NCBI GenBank assembly: GCA_025603075.1
Contig: MU626294.1
Location: 75,895-139,894 of the forward strand
Origin: Neoconidiobolus thromboides FSU 785
Taxonomy: Eukaryota > Fungi > Entomophthoromycota
Direction: 5' to 3'
DNA length: 64,000 bases
The position numbers and the translations under genes are program-made. Below, piece by piece: positions 59,359-64,000 of this stretch. Within the stretch, counting starts at the first letter, position 1, and each line of letters begins with the position of its first letter. The notes under the pieces are model-generated. The model was not told where the DNA came from and made no database searches. It worked only from the letters and a program-made list of their open reading frames with translations.

Positions 59359-62300
59359 TCAATCGTCATCTAATTCATCAAAGGCACCATCATCATCATC
59401 AAACTCATCAGCAAAGTTACTCATATTAAATTCCCTCGTTTGATTATTACTAGTATTAAGGAATGAAAATGGATTATTATTATTAATAATAGTGTTGTTA
59501 CTAAAGCCAAATGAAGTTTGAGTATTACTATTCTCATTCTTAGTATTAATAAATGAAAATTGAGTGTTATTAGCATTAGTGGTATTGGTAAATGAAAACT
59601 GAGTAGTAGTATTATCCTTATTAGCAAATGAAAATGGATTATTATTCCCACTATCATATGGAGTTTTTAATAAGCTTCTGTTAGATTCCCCATTAAAGTC
59701 TCTACCAATCGGAAATTGAATAAAATAATTATTCTCCTTCATTTTTTCCAATGTAATTTGTAATCTAAATTGAGTTGCTTTTAATTTTAAATCTAATTTT
59801 GGAAAATATTCTCTTTCAATATATTCAATTTGTTTAATTGCTTGGGTTTTATAACTCACTATTAATTTACCACCACATACCTAATTATTTGTTATCAATT
59901 TAATCTTATAATAATTAAAGAATATTACTATTAAAAAGGTATTTAATAACTCTGCTGATACTTCATTAGGTGCTACAATTAAACATCTAGATAACCATAA
60001 CCATGCATGATCAATCCCATAGGTATTATTGATTCCGTCTAAAATGATATTAAATATTAATATTAATATTATTATATCATTTTAATTATCATTTTACCTT
60101 TTTCATCAAACTGTAATAGAGCACAATATAAATAAAAGATAGCATTAATTCTCTTAATATAAACATCCAACTCTTCAAATCTATTATCTTTTTGAATATA
60201 ACCCATCCTTTTTTTATATATTTCAGGTTTTATTTCCTAATTAATTTAATTGCTAATTGATATATATTTTATATCTTAAATAATAATCTTTACCTCTGAA
60301 TACTTTGGTAAAGTATTGGGTAAAATATAAGGGCAACGTTTATAAAATCGAATATTTAACAAATTTCTTAATTCAAAGTTGTTTTTGCATAATAATAACA
60401 ACAATTTTGCTAATGGAAATGCCATACTTAAATTGGATATAATTTCTGTTTCTGTTTGTTTCTATTTAAATAAAATCAATTTTAACGTATAAATTATATA
60501 GAATTAAAATTTTGCTTACAATAGCTTGTTTCACCAAAAAATTTAATGTCCAAATATATAATGAATGGTGGCATAATTTAGCATCATTTAAAATGGCTTG
60601 AATGTTATTCAACTAAATAAATAAATTAAAATCAATTGAAACTCATAATACCAATAGTTAATCTACTTACCACTTCCATAACCACCGTTCTTGTGTTATT
60701 AATTTGACTTAATTTAGGTCGTATTTTTTTACGTATATCAAATCTTTTTTTCTTTAGTTCTATTTTACTATCTATATTTTGATTTAATTTTTTAAGTATA
60801 TGAATTCCTTTTTGATAATTAGCTGCTTCTAATTGCATTTCTTGAACACATGTTTGCTATTTGAATAGTAAAAAAATTAACGTTGTATTAGTATTATACA
60901 GTATATAATCTTACTTTAATAGTATATTCGCTAACCTCCTGTTGACTACTATCTTTAAGTTTACTAATATTCGTATTCTTGTCATCCAAATTTTTTGTTA
61001 GTAAAAGTTCAATCTCATCTTTAATTTCCTTAATAATTGATTGATTTGGCTTATTATTCGATTCAGTTTGTAAATATCTTAATAATTTAATTCCTTGTAT
61101 TTTATAGTCTTTTATTAATTTAGTTCCGCATTCCTTATCGCAAAGTCAATATTATATCATTACTAATTATATAACCTTACTTTTAACATCAATTTTAAAT
61201 ACGTCGAGTATTCAGAACCAATTAAGTCATTGCTAATAAATCTTAATAACCAAATCCAAATCTCTTGAGTCTCAAACCGATCATTTTTATCTTCAAATTC
61301 TATTAAGTTTTATTAGCATATTATTATAGAGGAATATATTGTTATTACCAGATATAATACCATCACCGGAAGTTAAAATTAATTTACAGTACAACTCAAA
61401 ATAAGGTAAACTATTTTCAATTAAAGCTGACTTGCTTTTCCATTCTCCGTAAATTGGCTCCTAATAAATATATTATTATTATCATTATTGTTACTATATG
61501 TACTTATTACATTTTTATTTTTATCAATTAAACTGGGTAGAATGATAGGGCATAAAAATAACAGTTTACTATACATGTAATTGAATAAGGTATCGTGTTG
61601 ATTTCCAAGCATCTTTAAACTTAATACACATAACTTGTTATTATTATTTAGCTGAATGCTTTCACTCTATCAGGGTATTAGTATATCATTTTTATTCTTC
61701 TATGATAAACTTACTATTGCTTCATCAACAAAATTAATGATAAGTAAATAATATAGATTGATAGAATAAAAATGTGCTTTTTTTAATAAGATATCTATAG
61801 AAGATACCTAAAAATAAAATTAAATAATTTTGATAATAAATTATGATTTAAAAAGTTACCATCATTTTAATTTCATTGAAATCATTGTCATTACTAGGAT
61901 TTTGTTTAATTTCATTAATCCAATCTTCAAATTCATCAAATAATGATAAAATTTCTTCTTTCTCTTCTTTATTTTCCAGTATATTATTCTTAATTTCAGC
62001 CTCCTTTTCCTTAATTCCCTTCATAAAATGATAAACCTTATTCAACTTTCCTGCCTCAAGTTTACTTTCTTCAATAACTGATGTCTAAACTTTTAAGAAA
62101 ATAAGTCTATATAAAAATAAAGCTAAACCCACCATAACCGAAGCTGCATTCTTCACTTCAAATAGATCCCAAACTCCACCTTTTGTTTTGACAAAAAACT
62201 TTTTACTCATATATTTAGTTACTTTCATCTCTCTTTCTTTTTTCCTTTTAGCCAAAATTTCTCTTTGAAGTTTTTCTTTTCTCTCAAGTTCTTCCACCAA

Positions 62301-62606
62301 AAATTGATTCTTAGCTCGTTCTTTCTCCTCTTTAATCTCCAATTCGATCTTTTTATTAAAATCATTCAAAATTTTATTGATGATATTTCTCATCTCGTTC
62401 TTAATTATCTTTTTCTTCAAATCATTTTTAATGGATTCTCTTTCAAGCTCTATTTTTTTTAAAACTCGTTCACGTTGTAAGACTAATGCAACACGATCCT
62501 CGGCCTCTTGAAGACCTATCCTGTATTATCTATTAACATGCGTTTTTGATTTTTTAGATTATTGAATTTACTTTTCACTCGTTTCTAAAGTTAATGGAAG
62601 TGTCAT
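59359..62606 (-). CDS. GLE1: Gle1 mRNA-export factor: coiled-coil N-terminus, duplicated Gle1 domain, FxF-repeat/acidic tail; about 12 exons
   Basis: AFPLAKLL...RFYKRCPYILP, YIKRINAIFYLYCALL, DHAWLWLSRCL and YKTQAIKQIEYIEREYFPKL...RLQITLE. Exon junctions from ATG 62606 to stop 59359 stay in frame where checked by hand. Confidence 0.85.
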
Positions 62607-62933
62607 GTTGATTCGAACTAATTTTTTTAGAAAAAATAAGTTTTGAACATAAAATAAATAAGCCTAATAGTATGCTTTTGATTGGTGCTTGGAGATAAGT
62701 TTAGTTTTTTTGGTTAAGCATGTAATTTTTGCCCAAATATTTATCCTATTAAATCGGTTATTATAGACTGCTATGCTTTTTATATAACTGGACGATTTTG
62801 TAATTTCAATATTGCTATATAATTATGACTTTACTAATTACATAGTAGCATTTAATTATAAAACCATCCACTTACATAAGAAAATTCACAATTAATTTTT
62901 TTAAATAATAGGGAGCGATGTGTTGAGCTATTT

Positions 62934-62983
62934 TTTTAGCTAGTTCTATCTATTATTTTAGCTAGTTCTATCTATTATTTTAG
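62934..62983 (+). repeat. 22-bp perfect tandem repeat x2.3 (TTTTAGCTAGTTCTATCTATTA)
   Basis: Directly visible, upstream of GLE1. Confidence 0.9.
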
Positions 62984-63234
62984 TAGATAACTAAGTAGAT
63001 ATGAGTCTATTTTCAAATATTATTATTGGATAGTAGGTATTTTAAAATAACTGGTGTATTAAGTATAATTTGTCATAAAACAATAAACTGATTTCAAATA
63101 CATTCTTTACACTTTGATAGTAAAATTTTATAATGTAAAAATTTTATGTTTTTACATATCAATCACTTTATACATTTTTAATAACATAACTTAGGTTCAA
63201 ATTTAATGATTCATGTGCTAACAAGTACTACAAG

Positions 63235-63341
63235 ATATGGGGCTGTTTTTTTTGGTTTCATTATTTTTTCCATCTTTTAAGCGCTATTTGGGTGGAAAAA
63301 TTGTTAATAAAATTCTTGAATACAGAAATACATCCCCATAT
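63235..63341 (+). mobile_element. MITE family A copy 21
   Basis: Full length, ATAT flanks. Confidence 0.92.
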
Positions 63342-63437
63342 GGTAGTATTTTTTTTGGCTTTATCACTTTTTCTCTCTTAAGCACTATTTGAGCGGAAAA
63401 ATTGTTAATAAAATTCTTAAAAAATACATTTCTACAT
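63338..63437 (+). mobile_element. MITE family A copy 22, head-to-tail with copy 21 sharing one ATAT
   Basis: ...ACATCCCC-ATAT-GGTAGTAT... junction. Confidence 0.88.
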
Positions 63438-63761
63438 ACTATACTATATAATATAGTAATGATATCTTGTAACATTTTGGTTCAATGATTAAAAACATAT
63501 TTAATAATTTTAATACTGGTTAAAATGGGGATTCCTAGATATTGAAGTATAAATATTTTGACAATACTAATAAATAAACAAAATGGTTTCAAACTCAAGA
63601 GACTATAAATATGATATCACAAAAATCATTGATACTCAAATCAATAAAATGTTTTTAACATAAAAGCTAATTTTGATGAGTCGTGTTTAATATTTGGACA
63701 ATAATCGTGAAATTTACGTTGTTAGGGTTATTAAAATAAGCAAGTATATTATCTTCTGCGT

Positions 63762-63977
63762 TTAGCAATCGGCACCACAGCAACAGCTACCCCAATCACA
63801 ATCTCCATTAATACCCCATTTTGGACTTCTAGGGAAGTTAGAGCAAGCATTTCCACATTCGTGATCAGCAACACAAGTTCTGCCTACAGCACCTTTTTTA
63901 TTACATCTTCTGCAGATATCAGAGGTTACAAAAAAGACGAAAAAGAGAACTAATAATAATTTGAAATTGGTAAACAT
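63762..63977 (-). CDS. Secreted 10-Cys defensin-like (CSαβ) peptide
   Basis: Hydrophobic signal peptide, then C-x2-C, C-x5-C-x3-C, GDC-x4-C, CCC and a terminal C. Confidence 0.8.
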   Translation of the reverse strand: MFTNFKLLLVLFFVFFVTSDICRRCNKKGAVGRTCVADHECGNACSNFPRSPKWGINGDCDWGSCCCGADC

Positions 63978-64000
63978 TTTAAATATTCTAAAGGAAATAG

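Noticed and set aside
6954-63437. MITE copies as a CRISPR-like array or as a ncRNA family
   Set aside because: The copies are dispersed, occur in both orientations, and have TIRs and TSDs with no regular spacers; the genome is eukaryotic.
1-64000. tRNA or rRNA genes
   Set aside because: No cloverleaf with T-loop/D-loop consensus and no rRNA-like GC-rich tract was recognised by eye; tRNAscan-SE would settle it.

Overview
Very AT-rich eukaryotic DNA with short GT-AG introns (about 45-60 nt). Gene content is fungal: FKS/GT48 glucan synthase, two GH18 proteins, an NHA1-type antiporter, Ras, Gle1 and a rhodopsin-like family-A GPCR. This fits an early-diverging fungus, probably Entomophthoromycotina (Conidiobolus-like), which is an inference. 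About 18 protein-coding loci are supported. Long gene-poor tracts (9.4-12.3, 17.7-29.4, 30.3-33.9, 52-55 kb) carry 22 copies of a ~100-bp MITE. Its terminal inverted repeat (TIR) is GGGGATGT and its 4-bp ANNT target-site duplication (TSD) can be read from the window itself. There is also a second GGG-ended MITE, two long fold-back hairpins and a decayed ~650-bp tandem unit. The best leads are: (1) a GLE1 gene with an internally duplicated Gle1 domain (the upstream copy lacks the IP6-binding basic pair) plus a nucleoporin-like FxF tail and a possible tail-anchored isoform; (2) an Old Yellow Enzyme with Asn194/Tyr196 replaced by Gly/Phe; (3) a GPI-anchored, probably inactive GH18; (4) a 10-Cys CSαβ defensin-like secreted peptide; (5) FKS1 hot-spot substitutions predicting echinocandin resistance. 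No tRNA, rRNA or CRISPR features were recognised. All exon calls and alignments were made by eye.
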